Below, in pieces: positions 48,967-58,128 of a DNA stretch of 64,000 bases. The DNA comes from Candidatus Helarchaeota archaeon (GTDB taxonomy: Archaea > Asgardarchaeota > Lokiarchaeia > Helarchaeales > RDOG01): NCBI GenBank assembly GCA_019058315.1, contig JAHPZH010000003.1:332451-396450 (forward strand), in the 5' to 3' direction. The position numbers and the translations under genes are program-made. Positions within the stretch are counted from its first letter, which is position 1. Every line of letters begins with the position of its first letter. The notes below the pieces were generated by a model that worked only from the letters and a program-made list of their open reading frames with translations, did not search any database and had not been told where the DNA came from.

Positions 48967-50130
48967 ATGAGTAGATCAGAAATAGAACGTGGGATGGCTA
49001 AGGCTGAAAATTATGAACGGAGAGCTTTGACTTTAATTAATAAAGGAGATTATCCAGCTGCATTAGGAGAATTAATTAAGGCAATAGAGAAATATAAAAC
49101 ATTAGCAGCTCGTTTTCAAAGATCTGTTCTTTATGATCGATGGCTTGAAAAGGCTGATGAATTATTAGTTTTAGCTAAAAAGATAAAAGGTAAAGCTAAA
49201 ACTACTCCAGAAATGGTAAAAGAAGGGGCTCCAATTTCAATCAAAGATTGTGATGAAGTTGGTGAAAGAGTAGATCCAGAGACAAACAAATTAGATTTTT
49301 CTAAATTAGCAGGAATGGATAAAATCAAAAAAATTCTAAGGCGAACAATAGAATGGTCATTAAAAGAGAAAGAAAAAATGGAGGAACATGGATTAGAACC
49401 TACGAAAGGAATACTCTTGGTAGGTCCTCCTGGATGTGGAAAAACATATTTAGTTAAATGTGCTGCTGGTGAATTTAAAATTAGACTTTTAATCGCTTCT
49501 CCAGCCTCAACTTTCAATAAATATGTGGGAGAAACCCCAAAAGCTGTTCGTAAAGTATTTCAATGCGGAGAAAAAATGACCCCCTCAATTATTTTTGTTG
49601 ATGAAATTGATAAATTGCTTCCTGATCCTTCAAGATCAAGCGATTCATCTGGAGTAACTGGTCAAGCTTTATCAACTTTCCAACAAGAGATGGATGGTGC
49701 TCAATCAGGAACGGGTTTTATTGTTATGATGGCAACGAATGACCCTGAACTCCTCCACCCAGCCCTTTCGCGTACCGGAAGAGTATCATATCGACTCTAT
49801 ATTCCTCCTCCTGATAAACCTACTAGAGCTGCTGTATTTAGAATTAATTTAGAAGCACCAAAACTTATCCTTGAACCGGAAGTACAAAATTTTGATTTAT
49901 TAGCAGATTTAACTGCCCCTCAAGATGGTTGGTATTATGCATCTTCTGATATTGAGGAAATGTGTCGCCGAGCAAAGGAAAAGAGATTTGAGATTATAAT
50001 AGAATCTGGTAATGAAGAAATTCCTTTAACTTTAGATATGTTAAAAGAAGCGATCAACTCATTAAAGCCATCAATCTCGCCCAAACAAATACATAGATAT
50101 GAAAAATGGGCAGATGAGTTTAGTGGCTAA
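48967..50130 (+). CDS. MIT-domain AAA+ ATPase, Vps4/CdvC-like
   Basis: N-terminal three-helix MIT-like region, GPPGCGKT, IIFVDEID, ATN.P, C-terminal YEKWADEF. Confidence 0.8.
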   Translation: MSRSEIERGMAKAENYERRALTLINKGDYPAALGELIKAIEKYKTLAARFQRSVLYDRWLEKADELLVLAKKIKGKAKTTPEMVKEGAPISIKDCDEVGERVDPETNKLDFSKLAGMDKIKKILRRTIEWSLKEKEKMEEHGLEPTKGILLVGPPGCGKTYLVKCAAGEFKIRLLIASPASTFNKYVGETPKAVRKVFQCGEKMTPSIIFVDEIDKLLPDPSRSSDSSGVTGQALSTFQQEMDGAQSGTGFIVMMATNDPELLHPALSRTGRVSYRLYIPPPDKPTRAAVFRINLEAPKLILEPEVQNFDLLADLTAPQDGWYYASSDIEEMCRRAKEKRFEIIIESGNEEIPLTLDMLKEAINSLKPSISPKQIHRYEKWADEFSG

Positions 50131-50200
50131 ATAAATTTAAATTTTTTTAAAAAATAAGAATAAAACGATTTAATTTGTTGAAAGAGAATTAAATAGGAAC

Positions 50201-50746
50201 TTACTCGTTAAGATTTTTAAAATATTCTACTGATGCATTTGTTAATTTTGTAAATGCTTCATCTACACCATTACCTGTTTTTGCTGATGTCTCGAAGCAA
50301 TCAACGGCTCCAATTTCTTTAGCTTTTTTTTCCATTTCTTCTTTAGAGATTTTTCTCTTATCTTTTAAATCATTTTTATTGCCAATTATAATGAATGGGA
50401 TATCACCAGCAAACTTTTTCAGCTCGGTAAGCCAATTTTCAAGATGTTCATAAGTTTCTTTATCTGTTAAATCAAATACAATAAAACAGCAATGGGAACC
50501 TTCTAAATAACTTTCTCGAATGTCCTTGAAAATTGCTTGGCCTCCAATGTCCCATAATAAAAGTTCAGCTTTAGCTTCCTCAACTGGAACTGTTTTTAGC
50601 GAAATATCGAATCCTAAGGTGGGTTTATATTCTTGATCAAACTTCTTATCTACATGTCGAACAATTAATGAGGTCTTCCCTACTCCGCCGTCTCCAATTA
50701 CAACTGCTTTAAGAAATATCTTTCTATCTGAAATCAAAAACATCAC
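50201..50746 (-). CDS. Rab-like small GTPase
   Basis: GDGGVGKT, YKPTLG, WDIGGQ, GNKND, ETSAK; no C-terminal prenylation Cys. Confidence 0.93.
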   Translation of the reverse strand: MMFLISDRKIFLKAVVIGDGGVGKTSLIVRHVDKKFDQEYKPTLGFDISLKTVPVEEAKAELLLWDIGGQAIFKDIRESYLEGSHCCFIVFDLTDKETYEHLENWLTELKKFAGDIPFIIIGNKNDLKDKRKISKEEMEKKAKEIGAVDCFETSAKTGNGVDEAFTKLTNASVEYFKNLNE

Positions 50747-51215
50747 TTTTTTATTTTAAATTCAAATATCTGGTTTTATTATCCACAAATAAAAATTCTA
50801 GTATAATTTCATATTTGTTTCTTTATTTTTAATATTTCACTTAAATATTGAGCTAATTAATTCAACATAAATCTAATTGAAATCATTTTTATATCACTCA
50901 TTTAGTGTGTAGACTTATTTCTTAAAAAATAATTTCAATATTTTGACCGAAAAATAAATACAATAAACTTCAAATCTATATTTGGATTAGTGGTTGATAG
51001 ATTTTTATTTATATAAGAATATTAATTTAAAATTTATTTCTCCATTCTGATTTCTGAAGAATCCAGAGCTCCGAATTTTAAGATAAATTCTCCAGAAACT
51101 TTAATAAAATAAGAATTTTTAAATTAATTGTTTAAATATAAAATTAAATACATAATATTCTAAATAACATCTAATTAAAATTTCAATTCTTAGCTATGTT
51201 TCTGGAGTAGTCAAG

Positions 51216-51749
51216 GTGGAAAAGAAACAACATTACGTCTTCAAGATTCTATTACTTGGAGATGGTGGAGTGGGAAAGACTAGCTTATTACGCCGCTTTA
51301 TTGATAACACTTTTACTCCAGATTACAAAAGTACGATTGGCGTCCAATTTATGACTAGGACGGTTGATTTAAACGACGAAAAATCGATTAAATTAGTAAT
51401 TTGGGATGTTGCAGGTCAGTCAAAATTTACCTCATATCGACATTTGTATTATAAGGACGCAGAAGGTATTATTTTAGTCTATGACATAACTCGACCAGAT
51501 AGTTTCGATAATCTTGAAATGTGGATCTCGGATGCTGTAAAGCATACAGCTAGAAATGCACATATTGCAATTCTAGGAAATAAAGTGGATTTAGAAGATA
51601 AAAGATCCATTTCAAAAAGTAAAGGTCGAGAATATTCAACTGAAAAGAAAGCGGTTTTATTTTCAGAAACTTCAGCTAAAACAGGTTTTAATGTTGATAA
51701 TGCCTTTTTAGAGCTTACTAAAAATATTTTATCAAGGGGATTTATCTAG
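51216..51749 (+). CDS. Rab-like small GTPase
   Basis: GDGGVGKT, YKSTIGVQF, WDVAGQ, GNKVD, ETSAK. Confidence 0.93.
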   Translation: MEKKQHYVFKILLLGDGGVGKTSLLRRFIDNTFTPDYKSTIGVQFMTRTVDLNDEKSIKLVIWDVAGQSKFTSYRHLYYKDAEGIILVYDITRPDSFDNLEMWISDAVKHTARNAHIAILGNKVDLEDKRSISKSKGREYSTEKKAVLFSETSAKTGFNVDNAFLELTKNILSRGFI

Positions 51750-51752
51750 CTT

Positions 51753-52511
51753 ATGTCTAGTGTAGAAGTTATAAAAGCAATTTTTATATTTGACAAAAAA
51801 TCGGGACGGCCTTTTATTCGTTACAGGCCTTCTAGAGATTTTCAGATAGAACCATTTTTAGTTATTGGATTTTTAACTGCAATTATGAAATTTTCAAAAG
51901 AAGTTGGTCGTTCTGATTTAAAAATGATTGACATGGAAAATTTAAGGTTTGTTTTTACAGAAAAAGATGGTATAATTTTCAATGCAATAACCACAAAATT
52001 GGTTAAGCCAATTGATTTGATGTTTAAATTAAATACGATTTCAACTATTTTTCTGAATGAATATACAATGGAAGAATTGTTAGATCCCAAAATTGCATTA
52101 GAATATTATGATGGCTTTAAAAATACAATACATGAAATTATCCATGGGACTGTTCGTGGTTTAGAAAGTGAAAAAGAATTAAAAATTAAAGAAATTTTAT
52201 CTAAATTCAATAAGAATAATGAAATTTGTGGTTCCGGAATTATCTCATTTACGGGAGATTTCCTTGTAACCGCTTTTGAAAGAGTAGAGGATGAAGATAT
52301 TGTTCATAATATTTTCAACTCAATTTTTGAAACTAAAATTTTTGGTATAAATAACTTCACGATTACAATATTAAAACAACATATTATTATAACAAGAATA
52401 GAAGAGGAAAGTTTATTAGTAATTATAATGAGAGAAGATCAAGTATGTTCAGCTATAGAGGATAATATTGATAAAATAAAGAAGAGAATAAGAAAAATAT
52501 TGAGAGCATAG
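51753..52511 (+). CDS. Longin-like + roadblock-like two-domain protein
   Basis: N-half IFIFDKKSG...LVIGFLTAIMKF...F..EY; C-half ICGSGIISFTG.FLV. Confidence 0.65.
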   Translation: MSSVEVIKAIFIFDKKSGRPFIRYRPSRDFQIEPFLVIGFLTAIMKFSKEVGRSDLKMIDMENLRFVFTEKDGIIFNAITTKLVKPIDLMFKLNTISTIFLNEYTMEELLDPKIALEYYDGFKNTIHEIIHGTVRGLESEKELKIKEILSKFNKNNEICGSGIISFTGDFLVTAFERVEDEDIVHNIFNSIFETKIFGINNFTITILKQHIIITRIEEESLLVIIMREDQVCSAIEDNIDKIKKRIRKILRA

Positions 52512-52572
52512 TGATAATTTAAATATATGTTATAAATTATTTAGATAAAACATTAAAATTGAGGTTTTTAAG

Positions 52573-53109
52573 ATAGAACATCAAGAGCATTACGTCTTCA
52601 AGATTTTACTGTTGGGGGATGGTGCTGTTGGAAAAACTAGTCTACTAAAGAGATTCATTGAAAATACCTTTGATCCTGACTATAAAGGGACGATTGGCGT
52701 CCAATTCATGACTAAAAAAGTTGAACTTGAAAATCAATTTGTTAAATTAGTAATTTGGGATGTTGCAGGGCAATCTCGTTTTACATCTTATCGTCATTTG
52801 TACCTTAAAGATGCAGATGGAGTAATATTAGTTTATGATATAACTCGCTACCCAACATTTGAGAATTTAGAGAAGTGGGTTGAAGACGCAGTTAAATATA
52901 CAGAACAAGATATTCAAATTGCTGTATTAGCTAATAAGAAAGATTTAAGTGGCAATAGGAATGTTACTGAAGAAGAGGGGAGACTTTATTCTGCACTTAG
53001 AGAAGCAGTTCTATTTAGCGAGACCTCAGCAAAAACCGGAGAAAATGTAGAGAAAGCCTTTTTAGAACTAGCAAAAAATATGATCAAAGTCTCAAGACAG
53101 AATAAATAG
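52573..53109 (+). CDS. Rab-like small GTPase, tandem paralog of 51216..51749; probable ATA start at 52573
   Basis: Frame upstream of the track start reads IEHQEHYVFKILLLGDGAVGKT, colinear with the paralog MEKKQHYVFKILLLGDG; GAGGT RBS 7 nt before ATA. Confidence 0.88.
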   Translation: MEHQEHYVFKILLLGDGAVGKTSLLKRFIENTFDPDYKGTIGVQFMTKKVELENQFVKLVIWDVAGQSRFTSYRHLYLKDADGVILVYDITRYPTFENLEKWVEDAVKYTEQDIQIAVLANKKDLSGNRNVTEEEGRLYSALREAVLFSETSAKTGENVEKAFLELAKNMIKVSRQNK

Positions 53110-53125
53110 GAGATTAATATCGCAT

Positions 53126-53881
53126 ATGACTAAAGAGAAAATTATTGAATCCTTATTAATAGTTGATAAAAAAACAGGTAATATTTTTATTAATTATGTT
53201 CCTGCTAAAGATTTTGATAAAGATCCCAACTTAATTATAGGCTTATTAACTTCTTTTTTAAAATATACAAAAGATCTTGAACAAAAAAATTTAAAAATGT
53301 TGGATTTGGAAAGTTTTCGACTAATTTTTACGGAAAAATATGATATTATCTTTGTTGCAATTAGCAACCGATTAGTAAATCCGATGAATTTATTATTTAA
53401 GTTGAATACTATTCAGACTTTATTTCTAAACGAATTTACAGAAGATGAATTGTCTAATCCAAATATTCCTCCAAATTATTTTGATGACTTTATTGAGAAG
53501 ATACGTGAAATAATGAATGGTGATTTAAGAGTTCTAGAGAATAAACAGAGCGTTAAGAAAATTTTAGAGAGATTCAGTAAAGATAAAATCGTTATTGGCT
53601 CAGCAGTTTTATCATTTGCTGGAAATTTTCTTGTAAGTACTTTCACTAAAGATGAAACTAATCTAATTCAAGCTTTATTTAACACCAATTTTGAATTGAT
53701 AATCTCTGGTATAAAAAAGGCATTTATTGAGTTTCTAAATAGGACTTTTTATATTAGAAAAATTGATGATCAAACATTATTTGTAGTCATTATTAAAAAT
53801 GTTGAAGATTTTGAAAAAATACAGATAAAAATAGAGAAAGTTGAAAAAGAAATTATTAATGTGGTTAAGAAAACTAAATAA
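53126..53881 (+). CDS. Longin-like + roadblock-like two-domain protein; paralog of 51753..52511
   Basis: Shared DKK.G..FI.Y.P..DF, LKM.D.E..R..FTEK, FKLNTI...FLNE, SF.G.FLV. Confidence 0.65.
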   Translation: MTKEKIIESLLIVDKKTGNIFINYVPAKDFDKDPNLIIGLLTSFLKYTKDLEQKNLKMLDLESFRLIFTEKYDIIFVAISNRLVNPMNLLFKLNTIQTLFLNEFTEDELSNPNIPPNYFDDFIEKIREIMNGDLRVLENKQSVKKILERFSKDKIVIGSAVLSFAGNFLVSTFTKDETNLIQALFNTNFELIISGIKKAFIEFLNRTFYIRKIDDQTLFVVIIKNVEDFEKIQIKIEKVEKEIINVVKKTK

Positions 53882-53901
53882 TTCTTGCAATTAATATGAA
53901 A

Positions 53902-55464
53902 TTATGGAGGTTTTGATGTAGATTTTTTTTCTTCTTCTTTTTCCATAAAATTTTTCATTGATAGATAATAAGAAGTATCAGATTTTAGCTTTTCTTGAAG
54001 AACTTGCTTTTGAAGTGATTTTAAATTTCTAGATCTTTTCCCATTAGATAATTTCTTTAATAATTTTATACCAAATGGCTTTTCTTTTTCAATTTCTTTG
54101 GTAATAATATAACCTTCCTTGATTGCATTTTGAAAGAGTTCTTCACCAATTTTTGTTCTAGTTATTACTGTATTCCAACCTCCAGGTGATCCAATGGACC
54201 CGGATGATATATCAGAGAGCTCATTTGTTAGGTCCACACATAAATGGCATGCGTGGCGAGCATATTTTGTTACATCTTTGATTGGTACCTGAACTGGTTC
54301 TCCCTCACCGCGATGGACAAAGAATTTTCCCTTATCAATATTCATTTTTGTAGCTTCGGTAAGAGAAGTTTGACAATTCTCTTCTACTATTTTAATTAAA
54401 TTTGGATAGGGAAAACTTTCCATACAAAAAATCCCAATAATATATTTAACATTTCCCCATATTTCTGACATTATATTAGATGTGACTTGATATTTTCGCA
54501 TTGCTTGAACTTGGCAGGGAGTTCCTACAAAGGCAATAGATTTTAGTCCAGAGACTTTTATTAGATCTAGTGCTGATAAGTTTGCTGCGACTGAATATAT
54601 TGTACCTGCGGCTTTAATTGCCTCATCTTTATTTCTAATTAAAATTGGTTGTGTATTCCAAGGTTCACCTTCTTTTTGAACTACTCCAATAGCCCCATCA
54701 ATAAGATTCTTATCAAACAGATAAGTCAAAAGTGTTGTTACTATCCCTCCATCTTGGGCTACTTTTTTAATTTTTTGATCTTTGGTTTGAGCAGAAACTA
54801 CAGTTATATTCAAACCAACTGGATCAGCTTTAAGTTCTTTAATAAAATCAACTTTTTTATCATTCATATATCCTTTTAATACATTTATATGTAGAAAAGT
54901 CCTCGGACAACTCGCCCAACAGAGCCCGCAATGAATACATTTATTTTCATCAACAGTGGGTGTTTCTCCCATTGTGATTGCTTTTACTGGGCAAATACTA
55001 AAGCATGCCCCACAACCACAACATAATTCCTTTTCAACAATAGGAGTTATCGGCTCTAATGGCACTTTATATGTTGTGGCAGAAGTTAATTTTAAAAAAA
55101 TATTACCATTTTCTTCAGACATTATAATTTTTGGTTTAAAACTTAATTCAGAGGTCCCTTGTTTTATATCTATTAAATTATCACCAATTAATTCAGCAAG
55201 GGCTTTGTAAACTTCAAATTCTGTAAATTCAGTATTTTCAATAATTTCTGGAACGGTTAAAAATCCATTTTTTTTAATTAATAATAGAATCCTATGTTTA
55301 ATCAACTCAATATCATAAATTTTATCAATTATTGCATCTAATTCTAAAGGAGAAATACGTCCACTATTCAATATTACCTTCTGGTTTTCCAATAAATTTT
55401 TTATCTTAAAACTTATTGCTGCTTCACAAACTGCATTGAATGTTTCTTTATCTACTTTTTCCAT
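53902..55464 (-). CDS. Coenzyme F420 hydrogenase/dehydrogenase beta subunit (FrhB/FdhB family) with N-terminal winged-helix-like and 2x[4Fe-4S] domains
   Basis: CCGCGACFSICP, CIHCGLCWASCP, AQDGGIVT, VGTPCQ, GIFCMESF, CHLC.D...SDIS.GSIGS; AGGTGA RBS favours ATG 55464. Confidence 0.9.
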   Translation of the reverse strand: MEKVDKETFNAVCEAAISFKIKNLLENQKVILNSGRISPLELDAIIDKIYDIELIKHRILLLIKKNGFLTVPEIIENTEFTEFEVYKALAELIGDNLIDIKQGTSELSFKPKIIMSEENGNIFLKLTSATTYKVPLEPITPIVEKELCCGCGACFSICPVKAITMGETPTVDENKCIHCGLCWASCPRTFLHINVLKGYMNDKKVDFIKELKADPVGLNITVVSAQTKDQKIKKVAQDGGIVTTLLTYLFDKNLIDGAIGVVQKEGEPWNTQPILIRNKDEAIKAAGTIYSVAANLSALDLIKVSGLKSIAFVGTPCQVQAMRKYQVTSNIMSEIWGNVKYIIGIFCMESFPYPNLIKIVEENCQTSLTEATKMNIDKGKFFVHRGEGEPVQVPIKDVTKYARHACHLCVDLTNELSDISSGSIGSPGGWNTVITRTKIGEELFQNAIKEGYIITKEIEKEKPFGIKLLKKLSNGKRSRNLKSLQKQVLQEKLKSDTSYYLSMKNFMEKEEEKKSTSKPP

Positions 55465-55487
55465 GGGATTCACCTAATTTTTTTTAT

Positions 55488-55553
55488 ACCCCTTTGGTTG
55501 CATTCCAAAGAATTTCTGTTAGACTCTAAGTTTTTTTCTAACAGATTTTGGGT
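55488..55553 (-). promoter_or_regulatory. Structured 3'-UTR element after mvhD (candidate SECIS, copy 2)
   Basis: mRNA: ACCC AAAA UCUGUUAGA AAAAAACUUAGAG UCUAACAGA AAUU CUUUGG AAUGCAA CCAAAG GGGU; begins 1 nt after the stop; near-copy at 56011..56078. Confidence 0.75.
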
Positions 55554-55554
55554 T

Positions 55555-55971
55555 TTAAACATTAACAGAACGAATAGGATTAGGACCTAATTTTTGCAGG
55601 TGACCAATCGTATCTTCAACCGCTTGCACAAACCTATTTACTTCAGCCGCACTACATTGGTAAAGGTTGACTCTACCTCCACCTAAACCGGACTTATCGA
55701 GGACTCTTTTGATAAATAGAATTCTTTCGTTAGCCCTGATATTACCATCTTTGAAATCACACTCGCCAAAGTGTCATCCAACAACCATAACAGCATCTGC
55801 ACCAGCTCGAATTGCATGCATTATATGGGCAATATCAATACGTCCAGTGCATCTAAGACGAATTATTTTAACACCAGTATTATATTTCATTCGGCAAGTT
55901 CCAGTTAAATCAGCAGCAGAATAACCTCATTTATCACATGCAAATAGGACCACATTAAATTTGGGATCCAT
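55555..55971 (-). CDS. mvhD: Hydrogenase iron-sulfur subunit MvhD/VhuD/FlpD, selenoprotein with 2 Sec (U15, U66); missed by ORF track
   Basis: MDPKFNVVLFACDKUGYSAADLTG...RLRCTGRID...GADAVMVVGUHFGECDFKDGN...LGPNP (138 aa); TGA at 55927-55929 and 55774-55776 replace conserved Cys. Confidence 0.93.
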
Positions 55972-56010
55972 ATAAATACCTTCTTTTTCATCACCTTTTA
56001 TAAATTTTTA

Positions 56011-56078
56011 ACCCCCTTTGGTTGCATTCCAAAGGATTTTCTATTAGATTAAATCTTTTTCTCTAATAGAATTTGGGT
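56011..56078 (-). promoter_or_regulatory. Structured 3'-UTR element after hdrA (candidate SECIS, copy 1)
   Basis: mRNA: ACCC AAAU UCUAUUAGA GAAAAAGAUUUAA UCUAAUAGA AAAU CCUUUGG AAUGCAA CCAAAGG GGGU; begins 2 nt after the stop. Confidence 0.75.
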
Positions 56079-56080
56079 GT

Positions 56081-58072
56081 TTAAGTTTGAATTTCTTCTT
56101 CTAACATAGCTTCAACTTGGTTATCAATTGTCTCGTCCCTATAGTATCTAAGACTTAAGGCACGTGCAGGACAACTCGCAACACAAATTCCACAGCCTTT
56201 ACAAAGCATCTCATCTACTTCAGCGATACCATTTTCATTAATAGTAATTGCACCATAAGGGCAATTTCTTTCGCACGTTCCACAACCAACACATAATTCT
56301 TCGATAACGCTTGGATTAATAAGCTCCAATAGAAACCTTTCAGCTAATACAAAGTCAGTAGCTGCAATAGCTGCGGCTTTAGCAGTTGATACTGAGTATG
56401 GCACATTCTTTGGACCATGAGCAGCACCGCATATATATACTCCGCTGACTTTAGTTTCTTGTGGGCTCAAACATCCATGTATTTCTTTTAGAAAACCACT
56501 AGGTGCTTTATCAAGTCCTAAAATATCCATTATTTTCTTTGTAGAACTTGCAGGAACCATCGCCACCGATAAAACCACAAGGTCAAATTCTTCTTTAATT
56601 ACTTTTCCTTGAAGTGTATCCTCGCCTCGTAATATAAGATTCTTTGTCTCTGGATCTTCTTTAACTACTCCAATTTTTCCACGAATGAACCGTATATCGG
56701 GATTTTGTCCGCGTATTCTTGAATAATATTCTTCTTGATCTTTGTCAGCAGTTCTTATATCAATGTAGAAGATTGAAAGGTCCATATTATCAAATTCTTG
56801 CATTAGTAATTGAGCATTTTTAATTGCAACCATACAGCAGACACCACCTGAACAATAAGCGTTATCTTTTAGATTTCGTGATCCAACACATTGTATCATT
56901 GCTACTTTTTTTGGAACCTTACCATCACTCGGTCTTGTTATATGCCCACCAGTAGGCCCTGTCGGGCTTAACATGCGCTCAAGTTCAATTTGGGTAACAA
57001 CATTTAGATATTTACCATATCCATATTCGCCAGTTGGATCATATATATCAAATCCCGTAGCTATTATAATTGCGCCGACGTCCAATTCAATTTCTTCAGG
57101 CTCTTGTTCGTATTTTATTGCTCCTGCGAGACAATTTTTTTCACATTGTTTACAATTAATACAGTATTCTTTTGAAATATATGCAACTTTTGGGACTGCT
57201 TGGGGAAATAATATGTTGATTGCCTTTCTAGTACCTAAACCATAATTAAATTCGTTTGGGATATTTATCGGACAAACTTCCATACATCTACCACAGCCCG
57301 TGCAGACATTTTCATCAACGAATTTGGCATTTTTCTTAATTTTAACCTTAAATTGTCCTGCAGTTCCTGAAATATCCTCAACTTCAGAATAAGTAAGTAT
57401 TTGAACATTAGGATGTTTTGCTACTTCGACCATTTTAGGGGCCAATATTCAGATTGCACAATCATCTGTAGGAAATACTCGATCTAATTGTGCCATTTTT
57501 CCTCCAATACTTGGGGATGACTCAATAAGATAAACGGGAGTTCCAGTATTAGCAACACCTAAAGCGGCTGAGATACCACCAATTCCACCACCAATGACCA
57601 TCACCGATTTATATACATCCATTTCTTTTATTGGAACATCTTCCATTTGATTTGCTCTTGCAATACCGCCTTTCATTAATTGGATAGCTTTTTCAGTAGC
57701 AGCTTTAGGATCCTTCGAATGAACAAATGATACTTGTTCTCGTAAGTTAACCATTTCAAAGAAGTATTTACTTATACCAGCAGATTCAAGAAGGGCTCTA
57801 TAAGTCGGTTCATGAATTTTTGGGGTTCATGCACCAACAACAACTCGGTTAAGTCCGAGTTTTTCAATATCTTCCTTAATCATATTTTGTGGAGTAGAAC
57901 TACACATAAATGCGGCTGTTTTAGATAGAACTACGTTTGGTTCGTTTTCTAAAGCTTTAGCGACTTTCTCAACGTCCACCACACCACCGATGTTTACGCC
58001 TCAAAAGCAGACATAAACACCTATCTTTATCGAACTTTCAATATTTTTTCCAATGCTGTTTTCATCTTGCAT
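56081..58072 (-). CDS. hdrA: Heterodisulfide reductase subunit A, selenoprotein with 3 Sec (U24, U82, U208), 663 aa
   Basis: One frame from ATG 58072: IGVYVCFUGVNIGGVVD...FMCS...RVVVGAUTPKIHEPTYR...VNLREQ...VIGGGIGG...FPTDDCAIUILAPKM...; TGA at 58001-3, 57827-9 and 57449-51, all at Cys positions of HdrA motifs. Confidence 0.95.
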
Positions 58073-58128
58073 TTTACACACCTTTCTTTACATCACTCCT
58101 AAAAAGGATTTTGAAATAATAATAATTC

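Noticed and set aside
51090-51207. 10-bp inverted repeat CTCCAGAAAC/GTTTCTGGAG around an AT-rich stretch, as a possible replication origin (ORB + DUE)
   Set aside because: Does not match the ORB consensus well, no cdc6/orc1 nearby, and the stretch is explicable as a divergent promoter region.
55667-55924. Plus-strand 85-aa ORF in the track
   Set aside because: Antisense shadow of mvhD.
55488-56078. The duplicated element as a CRISPR repeat, tRNA-Cys fragment (GCA in loop) or intrinsic terminator
   Set aside because: Only two copies separated by a full gene; GCA is off-register for an anticodon loop and no D/T arms exist; no U-tract follows on the coding strand and downstream genes continue in the same direction.
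55555-58072. hdrA and mvhD as pseudogenes, or hdrA as split genes (track ORFs 57449..57754 and 56081..57445)
   Set aside because: All five interruptions are TGA, in frame, at conserved Cys positions, with no frameshifts or TAA/TAG; this fits selenocysteine, not decay.
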